Both the position numbers and the translations under genes were made by a program. Below, in pieces: positions 53,427 through 61,116 of a DNA stretch of 61,116 bases. The notes under the pieces are model-generated. The model worked only from the letters and a program-made list of their open reading frames with translations, was not told the origin of the DNA and ran no database searches. Source of the stretch: Elusimicrobiota bacterium (GTDB lineage: Bacteria; Elusimicrobiota; Endomicrobiia; Endomicrobiales; JAPLKN01). Numbering within the stretch: the stretch's first letter is position 1; each line of letters opens with the position of its first letter. The stretch lies in contig JAPLKN010000074.1 of the NCBI GenBank assembly GCA_026388075.1, positions 1 to 61,116 of the forward strand, read 5' to 3'.

Positions 53427-54434
53427 TTATGGAATCTTTTTCTTTTTTGTCTTATTAGACTTGCATTTTGTTGAATACTTGTTCGTTCGTTTTTCAGCAA
53501 TAAAAGAATGAGAACCAATATTTTTATATTCGAATAAACCGACTTGGTTCAAATATTTCTTTATCCTTTGATTCGCCAATTCAACATATTCCTTTTTAAT
53601 ATCATACCCGATATAGTGTCTGCTACCTTTTAAGGCGGCAAGGCAAGCCGTTCCTGCTCCGCAAAAAGGGTCCAATACTACATCATTTTTAAAAGTGTAC
53701 ATTTGTATCAATCTATGAGGTAATTCTTCCGGGAAAGGGGCGGGATGCCCGATGCTCCTTGCAGAAACAGCAGGAAAAGTCCATACACTTTTGGTCCATT
53801 CGATAAATTTTTCCTTTGGAATTGTGTCTTCCTTCTTATCCTTTTTTCGTGAAAATGATTCTTTAGAAAAAACCAAAATGTATTCGTGAATATCTCGCAG
53901 CACTGGATTTGCTGCCGACTTCCAACTTCCCCAAGCTGTTGAGGGACTTGCGCTTGAGGCTTTATTCCAAATAATTTCCCCCCTCATCAAATAGCCGATA
54001 TCTAGCATGTCTTCAATAATATAGGTATGAAGTGGTATATAAGGTTTCCTTCCTAAATTTGCAACATTAATACAGGCTCTGCCACCGGGAACAAGTTTAT
54101 TATATGTTTCTTTAAAAACCTTTTTCAGTAAACTCCGATACTCATTTAAGGATAAATCCTCGTCATATTCTTTTTGCACATTATATGGTGGTGAAGTAAC
54201 CATCAGATGAATACTACTATCAGGTATATCATTCATTATTTCACTCGATTTACAGTAAATTTTATCTATTTTTTCAGATGGTATAGCATTTTCTTCAAAG
54301 TTCCCATCAAAAACAGGTCTCTTGTCTGCATAAAGTTTGCTGTTGTAAAACTTTGAAGAATCATGGTTAATTCTCCCAGGAGTTCCAAAAGAGCTTGTTT
54401 TTGTACCATTGCGGCGAACAATAGTATTTTCCAT
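53427..54434 (-). CDS. Type II DNA methyltransferase, beta-class N4/N6 family. The SPPY motif suggests m4C.
   Basis: Motif IV is HLMVTSPPYN. Motif I, VLDPFCGAGTACLAA, lies C-terminal to motif IV, which is the beta permutation. HPAPFPEELP is also present. Its start abuts the stop of the upstream REase ORF. Confidence 0.88.
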   Translation of the reverse strand: MENTIVRRNGTKTSSFGTPGRINHDSSKFYNSKLYADKRPVFDGNFEENAIPSEKIDKIYCKSSEIMNDIPDSSIHLMVTSPPYNVQKEYDEDLSLNEYRSLLKKVFKETYNKLVPGGRACINVANLGRKPYIPLHTYIIEDMLDIGYLMRGEIIWNKASSASPSTAWGSWKSAANPVLRDIHEYILVFSKESFSRKKDKKEDTIPKEKFIEWTKSVWTFPAVSARSIGHPAPFPEELPHRLIQMYTFKNDVVLDPFCGAGTACLAALKGSRHYIGYDIKKEYVELANQRIKKYLNQVGLFEYKNIGSHSFIAEKRTNKYSTKCKSNKTKKKKIP

Positions 54435-55316
54435 TTATTTAGTCTCCTTGATAAGTTCTAAAAATTTTTCAGCCTTTTTTTCGTATGAAGATTCTTTATT
54501 TGAAAGTTCTATAATCTGCCCAAGTTCTTTTTTGCTTTTCATGCTTGAAAAAAAGTTCATTTCTGTAGATAACAGGGAATTAATAGTTTCCTTTAATTCT
54601 TCAAATTTATCAAGACGATTAAAACCACCCTTTTTTGTCCTTTTAATATTTTCTCCGTTATCATCTAGCGGACTAGGATTAACAGACCAAAAACCTTGAA
54701 CTATACCCGCAGTCTTTAAGTGATCAACTTTTTCATAATAACTTTGAGTTATTGGAGTATTACCAATTATAATGATCGGAATTCTTGATGCTTTAAAGCT
54801 TGAAACGCGGATATTAATGCTCTTGCCTATACCCTTTAGCATTGAATCAGATCTTAGAAGTCCCGGATTTCCCGTATGAGTACTATAATCACCTAAGCAA
54901 GTTAGATTTTTTTTCTTTAGTTCCCAGTTCCATACGATAGACATTTTAACTTCAAATATTGCCAAGATATCCTCAGGTTTTTGTTCTATTTTTTTATTCC
55001 GAGAAATAACAACATCTGCCGGAGACATATCAGTCAAAGCTAATTCTTCACATTTTGCCCCTTGAACTGCAAATAGTTTTTTGTCAGAAATAGTCTCTCG
55101 AATTAGGTCGGCTGTCCATTTTTCAGTAAATTTACCAATTAGAGAATTACGGCTTTGCAGGGTTGATTTAGCTCCTTCGTAATTTTTAGGCCAATACGCT
55201 AAATATCTTTTATCATCAGAAAAATAAAAAAGTTGTTCGGGAGAAGCAAATTTAAAAGAGTCTTCAAAAAATTTCTTTTCCACTTCCTTTGACCATAGTT
55301 GCATTGTTAATCCCAT
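54435..55316 (-). CDS. Putative type II restriction endonuclease (PD-(D/E)xK-like).
   Basis: ..MSPADVVISRNKK..(17 aa)..ILAIFEVKMS.. fits PD...ExK. It has no other family signature. It is translationally coupled (zero gap) to the methyltransferase. Confidence 0.55.
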   Translation of the reverse strand: MGLTMQLWSKEVEKKFFEDSFKFASPEQLFYFSDDKRYLAYWPKNYEGAKSTLQSRNSLIGKFTEKWTADLIRETISDKKLFAVQGAKCEELALTDMSPADVVISRNKKIEQKPEDILAIFEVKMSIVWNWELKKKNLTCLGDYSTHTGNPGLLRSDSMLKGIGKSINIRVSSFKASRIPIIIIGNTPITQSYYEKVDHLKTAGIVQGFWSVNPSPLDDNGENIKRTKKGGFNRLDKFEELKETINSLLSTEMNFFSSMKSKKELGQIIELSNKESSYEKKAEKFLELIKETK

Positions 55317-55574
55317 CCTTTTAAGCGGTGCCCGTGCCTGGATTTACTTATTTGTTTTCTTCAATTATTTTGAGAAAATCATCGGAAGTTTCCTGGTACC
55401 ACCCCAACTTGAGGTGCCAAATTGGCACTTCAAGTGAAACTCCCCCATCTGAAGATGGTACCTTCTTTTCATGTTACGCATACCTTTCCATTCACCCTCA
55501 CCTGCCCTTCGGGCTTCCTCTCCCCTCGAGGGAAAGGGATGGGGTGAGGGGCTCAATAGGGTCTAATAAATTTT
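55317..55574. repeat. Structured spacer bordering the R-M island, containing palindromes and GC-rich imperfect inverted repeats.
   Basis: ACTTGAGGTGCC-aaat-TGGCACTTCAAGT (~55407-55435, 12/13 bp), flanked by GGTACC at 55395 and 55457. CCCTCACC...GGTGAGGG encloses CCCCTCGAGGG (~55494-55550). The two track ORFs here (55328..55588 +, 55365..55556 -) are low-complexity read-throughs. Confidence 0.7.
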
Positions 55575-56039
55575 TCAGCGGACCCTGATTAGTTTGTTTT
55601 TAAGTTCCGTTACTGTTTCTTTCAAAACCGGATGTACGAGCCTCGGTGCAATTTCGGCCAGAGGATCAAGCACAAAACTACGGTTTTGAATTTCTTTGTG
55701 AGGAACATTCAGATTTTTTGCTTTTAAAACTTTATTTCCGCAGAAAAGAATATCGAGATCAATAATTCGGGGGCCCCATCTTTGAGTTTTTTTCCTTCCC
55801 AGGATGGCCTCAATATCTTTTAATGTTTTAAGCAACTTCAACGGCGAAAGATCAGTATTTACCTTTAAAACGTAGTTAACAAATTTTCTTTGTTTCGGGC
55901 CGATCGGTTTTGTCAGATATAAAGAAGATTTCTCAAGAACTTTAAAATGACTGTTTTTAAGAATAAGCTTTACCGCTTTCAAAATGTTTTTTTTTCTATC
56001 TCCGATATTTGAGCCGAGCCCTATATATGCAACTACCAT
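55575..56039 (-). CDS. folK: 2-amino-4-hydroxy-6-hydroxymethyldihydropteridine pyrophosphokinase.
   Basis: ..AYIGLGSNIGDR.., ..RWGPRIIDLDIL.., ..LNVPHKEI..R.FVL.PL.EI. Confidence 0.9.
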   Translation of the reverse strand: MVVAYIGLGSNIGDRKKNILKAVKLILKNSHFKVLEKSSLYLTKPIGPKQRKFVNYVLKVNTDLSPLKLLKTLKDIEAILGRKKTQRWGPRIIDLDILFCGNKVLKAKNLNVPHKEIQNRSFVLDPLAEIAPRLVHPVLKETVTELKNKLIRVR

Positions 56040-57196
56040 TTTATTTTTTCAAGCCGATGCAAAGCTTCTTTAATCCTTGGAACTTCAACCGTTAGCGCAA
56101 ATCTTACATATCCCTCGCCCGACGGCCCAAGGCCGTTACCTGGTGTGCATATTATACCCGCTTCATCTAATAGCTTTGAAACAGTCTGAGCAGAAGAATA
56201 TCCTTTTGGCACTTTAGCCCAGACATAAAAAGTCGCTTCCGGTTTTCTTACGTTCCATCCGAGTTTATTTAAGCCGTCAACCAGGGCATCTTTTCTGTCC
56301 CCATATATTCTTCGCATCACCTGTACGCAGTCCTGCGGACCCGTTAAAGCAGTTATTGCTGCCTCTTGTATGGCCTGAAATACTCCCGAATCATAGTTAT
56401 CTTTAACTGTCGCAAGGCCATTGACTATATCTTTATTACCGCATATCCAGCCTATGCGCCAACCGGTCATATTGTATGTTTTAGAAAGAGAATGAAATTC
56501 AACCCCCACCTCTTTTGCGCCGGGAATTTCAAGAAAACTTGTAGGTTTTTTATCGTAATAAAGCTCTGAATAGGCTGCATCATGCGCAACGATAATATTA
56601 TATTTTGAAGCAAAGGAAACGACCTTCTTATAAAATTCCGGGGGAGCCATAACGGCTGTCGGGTTGTTTGGATAATTAATAAAAATTATTTTCGCTTTTT
56701 TTCTTATGTTTTCAGGTATTGCGTCCAGATCGGGAAGGAAATTGTTTTTTTCCAAAAGCGGCATAAAATGGGGCACGCTGTCAGAAAATATCGTTCCGGT
56801 GTTATAAACAGGATAACCCGGCTCAGGTATCAGCACTACATCTCCAGGATTTACAAAAGCAAGATGAAAATGGCCTATGCCTTCTTTTGAACCGATTAAT
56901 GGATATATTTCGTTTTCGGGATTTAAATCTACATTGAACCTATTTTTGTACCATTTAGCGATAGCTTCACGAAACCTCTTAAGCCCGGACCCAAAAGGAT
57001 AATGATGGTTTTCAGGTTTCGCTATAGCTTCCTGCGCGGCTTTTACAATATGTTCTGGCGTAAAATAATCAGGGTCACCCACTCCCAACGAAATTATGTC
57101 CACGCCTTTTTCTATAGCCGCTTTTTTCTTTTTATCTATTTCAACGAAAAGATACGGAGGAAGTTTTTTCAGTTTGTCGCTGTATTCAATGCGCAT
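56033..57196 (-). CDS. dapL: LL-diaminopimelate aminotransferase-like class I/II aminotransferase.
   Basis: ..KLPPYLFVEIDKKK..A...GVDIISLGVGDPD.. N-terminus. PLP-lysine region ..HSLSKTYNMTGWRIGW.. Context with dapB, dapA, dapF and lysA. Confidence 0.75.
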   Translation of the reverse strand: MRIEYSDKLKKLPPYLFVEIDKKKKAAIEKGVDIISLGVGDPDYFTPEHIVKAAQEAIAKPENHHYPFGSGLKRFREAIAKWYKNRFNVDLNPENEIYPLIGSKEGIGHFHLAFVNPGDVVLIPEPGYPVYNTGTIFSDSVPHFMPLLEKNNFLPDLDAIPENIRKKAKIIFINYPNNPTAVMAPPEFYKKVVSFASKYNIIVAHDAAYSELYYDKKPTSFLEIPGAKEVGVEFHSLSKTYNMTGWRIGWICGNKDIVNGLATVKDNYDSGVFQAIQEAAITALTGPQDCVQVMRRIYGDRKDALVDGLNKLGWNVRKPEATFYVWAKVPKGYSSAQTVSKLLDEAGIICTPGNGLGPSGEGYVRFALTVEVPRIKEALHRLEKIKW

Positions 57197-57217
57197 TCTT
57201 TTCTCCCAAATTCCTAT

Positions 57218-57580
57218 CTACTTTCCAGTCTCTTCTGCTTGTTTAAATACGTGCCAAATTCCCAAAATAACCAGTATGAGAAAACAAAAAGTAACTACAT
57301 TTGTAATCCATCCTTCAAATACTCCCATTTCGTACGGATATCCGACATATCCGAAATTTTCTGCTGTTTTTGAAGTGAATAAAATCTGCAGAAACGGGAC
57401 TACTTTTGACTGTATTCCTCCCCCAAACACGAGCAAAGCCCATAGAAGCCAAAATATTAGGCTCATACCGAAAAGAATGATCACTATCATTGCACCGAGG
57501 TGCAAAGGATCATAACGAGAAATTTCAAGGTTTTCTTCGTCAGAAAAAAAATCCAGTATTTCGTTAAGTATTTTTTTCAT
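57218..57580 (-). CDS. Small hypothetical membrane protein (about 3 TM segments).
   Basis: Three hydrophobic segments and no recognisable motif. Tightly packed between the FAH-family gene and dapL. Confidence 0.5.
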   Translation of the reverse strand: MKKILNEILDFFSDEENLEISRYDPLHLGAMIVIILFGMSLIFWLLWALLVFGGGIQSKVVPFLQILFTSKTAENFGYVGYPYEMGVFEGWITNVVTFCFLILVILGIWHVFKQAEETGK

Positions 57581-57591
57581 TTCTCTATTAA

Positions 57592-58344
57592 TCAGGCGAC
57601 CGAATTTGCTAACTCGCCAATTTTTTGAATCTTTATCTTTACTTTATCCCCTCTTACCAAAGGGCCAACACCAGGAGGCGTTCCCGTTGAAATCACATCT
57701 CCCGGCAAAAGAGTCATTATCCTTGAAACAAAAGATACTACTTCGTTGACTTTGAAAATCATATCCTTTGTGTTAGAATCCTGCAATACTTTTCCGTTAA
57801 CTAAAGCTTCTATTTTAAGATTGTGAGGATCAATATTATCAACTATCCAAGGGCCTATCGGAGAAAAAGTATCAAAAGATTTGGCCCTGGTCCACTGCCC
57901 GTCAATTTTTTGAAGGTCCCGCGCCGTTACGTCGTTCAAACAAGTATATCCCAAAATATGATCTTGAGCTTCTTTTAAGGGAATATTTTTTCCTTTCTTC
58001 TTTATCACTATCGCCAGCTCGGCTTCATAGTCAACTCTTTGAGATATGTCAGGATATATTATTGTTTCACCGGGGCCTATTGCAGATGTCGGCGCTTTAA
58101 GAAAAATCAAAGGTTCTTTTGGCAAAGCCATTTTTAGTTCGCTGGCGTGGCTCATATAATTTAAGCCCAGCGCAATAATTTTTGAAGGCTCGCAAGGAAT
58201 TAAAATCTTTACTTTAGAAATATCAAATTTTTTCCCGGTTTTCTTATATTTTGAATAAAAATTCGGCGTAATTTCATAAACGGTTTTATTTTCCAATACA
58301 CCGTCTTTCTTTTTTCCTTCTATTTCAAATCGCAGATAAATCAT
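57592..58344 (-). CDS. Fumarylacetoacetate hydrolase (FAH)-family protein.
   Basis: ..KIIALGLNY..H..E.., ..DYEAELAIVI.., ..LNDVTARDLQ.., ..GDVISTGTPPGVG.. are metal-site motifs. Confidence 0.85.
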   Translation of the reverse strand: MIYLRFEIEGKKKDGVLENKTVYEITPNFYSKYKKTGKKFDISKVKILIPCEPSKIIALGLNYMSHASELKMALPKEPLIFLKAPTSAIGPGETIIYPDISQRVDYEAELAIVIKKKGKNIPLKEAQDHILGYTCLNDVTARDLQKIDGQWTRAKSFDTFSPIGPWIVDNIDPHNLKIEALVNGKVLQDSNTKDMIFKVNEVVSFVSRIMTLLPGDVISTGTPPGVGPLVRGDKVKIKIQKIGELANSVA

Positions 58345-58371
58345 TTGTTTCCTTTTAATTGCAGTTATTTT

Positions 58372-59142
58372 TTATTTCAAGTCCAGCACATTTTGCATAT
58401 CGTAAAGACCGGGCTTTTGTTTAATTACCCACTTTGCCGCAACTAAAGCTCCCGCTGCAAGAGTATCCCGCGAGTGAGCCCTGTGAATGAGTTCAATCCT
58501 TTCTCCCGGCCCAGCAAAATAAACGGTATGATCTCCAACAATATCGCCGGCTCTTACTGATGAAATTCCGATTTCACCCTTTTTTCGCGGCCCTATTTCA
58601 CCTTTTCTGCCGTAAACTCCTACTTCTTCAATTTTCCGGCCCAAGGCATTGGCAATTATCCTGGCTAAATTCATAGCTGTTCCGGAAGGAGCGTCCTTTT
58701 TTTGATTGTGATGAAGCTCTACGATTTCCACGTCATAGGTCGGTACTTTTGACGCAATTTCTTCGGCAACTTTAAAAAGCAGGTTTACTCCCACTGACAT
58801 GTTCGGAGAAAATACTATAGGAATACCTTTTGAAGCTTTCTTTATCGCCTCAATTTGCAAATCCTTAAAACCGGTAGTGCCAATGACCATAGCTTTTTTA
58901 TTTTTCTCAGCTATTGAAAGGTGTTCAAGAGTACCGGATATATCGGAAAAATCTATAATAACATCCGAACCGCCGATTATTTCTGAAAGATCCGAAGTTG
59001 ATTTCAGTTCTTTAGGGCACTTTGAAAGAAATTCCTTGCTTTCAACTCCTCCGATTACTTTAAATTCCTTATCATCGGATAAAAGCCTTAAAATGCTTGT
59101 ACCCATTTTTCCTGCGGCACCGCATACGCTTGTATTGATCAT
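58372..59142 (-). CDS. dapB: 4-hydroxy-tetrahydrodipicolinate reductase.
   Basis: ..VCGAAGKMG.., ..IIDFS.., ..VIGTTG.., ..ELHHNQKKDAPSGTA.. Confidence 0.92.
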   Translation of the reverse strand: MINTSVCGAAGKMGTSILRLLSDDKEFKVIGGVESKEFLSKCPKELKSTSDLSEIIGGSDVIIDFSDISGTLEHLSIAEKNKKAMVIGTTGFKDLQIEAIKKASKGIPIVFSPNMSVGVNLLFKVAEEIASKVPTYDVEIVELHHNQKKDAPSGTAMNLARIIANALGRKIEEVGVYGRKGEIGPRKKGEIGISSVRAGDIVGDHTVYFAGPGERIELIHRAHSRDTLAAGALVAAKWVIKQKPGLYDMQNVLDLK

Positions 59143-59154
59143 TTTTTCTCCTCA

Positions 59155-59194
59155 CCCCTTTTGGGGCGAAGTCACTGCCCGCTCCTTCGGAGCG
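59155..59194. repeat. GC mini-hairpins in the dapA-dapB spacer.
   Basis: CCCC-tttt-GGGG (59155-59166) and CGCTCC-ttc-GGAGCG (59180-59194), read directly. Confidence 0.7.
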
Positions 59195-59211
59195 AGCGGA
59201 CCACCCATCAA

Positions 59212-60087
59212 TTATTTTAAAAGCCCGTAGTCTTTTAATGCTTTTTCAAGCTTTTGCCGGTTTGCATCTTCCATAGGACACAAAGGCAGCCTTAAATCGG
59301 GCGAACACATTCCTAAAATTCCCATTGCCGTTTTAAGCGGAATTGGATTGGTTTCTAAGAACAATGCCTTTATAAGCGGCAAAAGTTTTGAAAAAAGAGA
59401 TTTTGCCTTTCCTAAATCCTTTTCCAAATAGGCTTTTACCATATCAGCTACTTCCTTCGGCACTATATTTGCCAATACGGAAACAACCCCCGTTCCTCCG
59501 ATGGACAAAACCTCAAGAGTCAATAAATCATCTCCCGATAAAAGATCCATATTCGGACAAAGCTTATGAATCTCTGACATCTGATCCAGTGAACCGGAAG
59601 CTTCTTTGATAGCGGTTACATTTTTGCAGTCGCGGTTTATCTTTTGCACCGTTTGAGGCTCAATATTTACGCCGGTCCTACTCATAATGTTGTACAACAT
59701 CACAGGGATTTTGATTGAATCGGCAACTGCTTTGAAATGCAGATAAAGACCCTTTTGAGTAGGCTTATTGTAATACGGGGAAACTAAAAGAATCCCGTCG
59801 CAACCGGCTTTCTCGGCATATCTGCTGAGGTCTATTGCCTCTCTTGTACAATTTGACCCTGTACCAGCAATAACTTTAATCCGTTTCTTTACCGCTTTAA
59901 CAACGACGTCAATGGTATTTTTGTGTTCTTCATGCGATAATGTAGCGGATTCGCCTGTCGTTCCGCACGGAACAATACCGTTCGTGCCGTTTGAAATTTG
60001 AAATTCAACAAGCTCTTTTAATTTATCAGTATCTACACTATTTCCCTTAAACGGAGTCACTAATGCAACATAAGAACCTTGAAACAT
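59212..60087 (-). CDS. dapA: 4-hydroxy-tetrahydrodipicolinate synthase.
   Basis: ..GIVPCGTTGESATLS.EEH.., ..GTGSN.T.EAI.., ..YNKPTQ.GLY.HF.., catalytic Lys region ..VTAIKEASG.. Confidence 0.93.
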   Translation of the reverse strand: MFQGSYVALVTPFKGNSVDTDKLKELVEFQISNGTNGIVPCGTTGESATLSHEEHKNTIDVVVKAVKKRIKVIAGTGSNCTREAIDLSRYAEKAGCDGILLVSPYYNKPTQKGLYLHFKAVADSIKIPVMLYNIMSRTGVNIEPQTVQKINRDCKNVTAIKEASGSLDQMSEIHKLCPNMDLLSGDDLLTLEVLSIGGTGVVSVLANIVPKEVADMVKAYLEKDLGKAKSLFSKLLPLIKALFLETNPIPLKTAMGILGMCSPDLRLPLCPMEDANRQKLEKALKDYGLLK

Positions 60088-60107
60088 ATCCGCTCCTTTT
60101 TAAAGCC

Positions 60108-60182
60108 CTCAGCTTTCAGCCTTCGGCAAAATAATTCTTTTTTGTTTTCATTTGAAAGCTGACAGCTGATAGCTGAAATCTG
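60108..60182. repeat. Element C2, a short copy of the CAG-heptad arm family.
   Basis: Left arm has CAG/CAG/CGG at 60110/17/24. Right arm has AGCTGA at 60157/64/71 and ATCTG at 60178. AGCTGATAGCTGAAA is shared with 32783-32796. The core stem is TCAGCTTTCA/TGAAAGCTGA. Confidence 0.85.
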
Positions 60183-60185
60183 TCT

Positions 60186-61010
60186 TTAAATACTTACTTC
60201 TCCCTTAAAAGCCACCTCAGCAGGGCCTTGAAGAGAAACATTTGAGACCGGAGAAAGCAAATCCCCCTTATCGTTTTTTGAATATGCTACAGTTAAAATA
60301 TATCCGCCCCGCGTAATGCAATGAACCGGTTGGTTAACCATCCCCCTTAAACCAGCAATTATTGCGCTCGCTATAACGCCGGTACCGCAGGCCAGGGTTT
60401 CACCTTCAACTCCGCGTTCGTATGTTCTTACAAAAATAGAATTATCGTCTTTTTTTTGCACAAAATTTACGTTTGTTCCTCCGGGGAGGAACTCCTTGTG
60501 GTACCTTACCATCCTGCCTAATTCCAAAACGTCAGTTTTATCAATATCGTTAACAAAAATTACCGTATGAGGAACTCCCGTATTAATAAAAGATACGCTG
60601 AATTCCCTTTTATCAACTCTCAAAGTAAAATCAAGCTTTGCATCTTTTGGCTCATAAAGGAAAAGCTTTATTTCTTTTCCTAATATCTCAGCCTTTACAA
60701 AACCCGCTTCAGTTTCAAACGTCATTTTGTTTTGGACAATACCCAGAATATTTGCAAATCTGGCGATGGACCTTCCACCGTTGCCGCACATAGAAGCTAT
60801 GGATCCGTCCGAATTATAATAGCGCATTTTAAAATCTGTCTTATCGCTATTTTCAAGTATAATAAGCCCGTCGGCGCCTACGGCAAATTTTCTGTCGCAG
60901 AGTTTTTTGGCAAGCAAAGACTCATCTTTAGGAAGAATTTTATTTCGATTATCAATTAAGATGAAATCATTTCCCGCCGCGCTGATTTTATGAAAATTAA
61001 TAGTTTTCAT
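60186..61010 (-). CDS. dapF: Diaminopimelate epimerase.
   Basis: ..SAAGNDFILID.., catalytic Cys motifs ..SMCGNGGRS.. and ..ACGTGVIASA.. Confidence 0.92.
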   Translation of the reverse strand: MKTINFHKISAAGNDFILIDNRNKILPKDESLLAKKLCDRKFAVGADGLIILENSDKTDFKMRYYNSDGSIASMCGNGGRSIARFANILGIVQNKMTFETEAGFVKAEILGKEIKLFLYEPKDAKLDFTLRVDKREFSVSFINTGVPHTVIFVNDIDKTDVLELGRMVRYHKEFLPGGTNVNFVQKKDDNSIFVRTYERGVEGETLACGTGVIASAIIAGLRGMVNQPVHCITRGGYILTVAYSKNDKGDLLSPVSNVSLQGPAEVAFKGEVSI

Positions 61011-61019
61011 GATGTCTCT

Positions 61020-61116
61020 CTACTTTTCTTTTACAATAAGGTCTTGATATTCTTCTCTCGCTTTGATCTCTTTGGCAACAGCTGAATCCACCAGTACCTC
61101 TGAGGCCCTAAGGCGC
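61020..61116 (-). CDS. lysA: C-terminal fragment of a probable diaminopimelate decarboxylase. The gene start lies beyond the window.
   Basis: Hand translation gives ..RLRASEVLVDSAVAKEIKAREEYQDLIVKEK*, which resembles the ..RPxEVLVxxGxxxxIRxRETxEDL.. tail of LysA. Context is upstream of dapF, dapA and dapB. Only 31 codons are visible. Confidence 0.5.
   Translation of the reverse strand, partial: RLRASEVLVDSAVAKEIKAREEYQDLIVKEK

Noticed and set aside
55328-55588. Two overlapping ORFs (86 aa on the plus strand, 63 aa on the minus strand) in the folK-REase spacer, considered as a possible toxin-antitoxin pair or C-protein.
   Set aside because: Their translations are Pro/Gly/Arg/Ser low-complexity strings produced by reading through GC-rich palindromes. 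They have no SD and no HTH pattern, and they overlap each other antisense.

Overview
AT-rich bacterial chromosome segment. A giant gene combined with nucleoside-scavenging metabolism resembles uncultivated episymbiont or predator lineages such as Omnitrophota, but taxonomy cannot be proven from this window.

Positions 1-19408 form one minus-strand giant repeat-protein locus. It contains a 5,335-aa ORF with a signal anchor, a C39-like cysteine-peptidase-like domain, about 1,300 aa of non-repeat sequence, and then roughly 45 YD-like units of about 55 aa arranged in ~2.9-kb super-repeats. The frame breaks at 3401-3492, and repeat coding continues in another frame to the window edge. A divergent TetR-TolC-MFP-RND efflux operon follows at 19.9-26.6 kb.

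The remainder (26.7-61.1 kb) is an almost uninterrupted minus-strand gene array:
- rlmD, nfo, tRNA-Leu(CAA), envelope genes, and a Na/Pi transporter.
- A large nucleoside/deoxyribose salvage cluster: cdd, a PfkB kinase, mtnP, recJ, deoA, punA, deoB, split tkt, deoC, rpiB, pduL and tpiA.
- A degenerate GAF histidine-kinase-like protein.
- A DnaA-like AAA+ protein with no DNA-binding domain IV.
- An inserted REase-MTase-FRG island.
- folK and a DapL-type lysine pathway (dapL, dapB, dapA, dapF, lysA fragment).

Nearly every spacer longer than about 90 bp is occupied by structured repeat elements. These include a TTTACCCCGTTAGAAA-TIR family, a GGGGACAC..ACTTAATT-TIR family, GC-rich CGCC/GGCG mini-hairpins, and unusual arms built from 7-nt-periodic NAG/NAA repeats.

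All calls come from reading the sequence and the ORF translations. No database search was possible.
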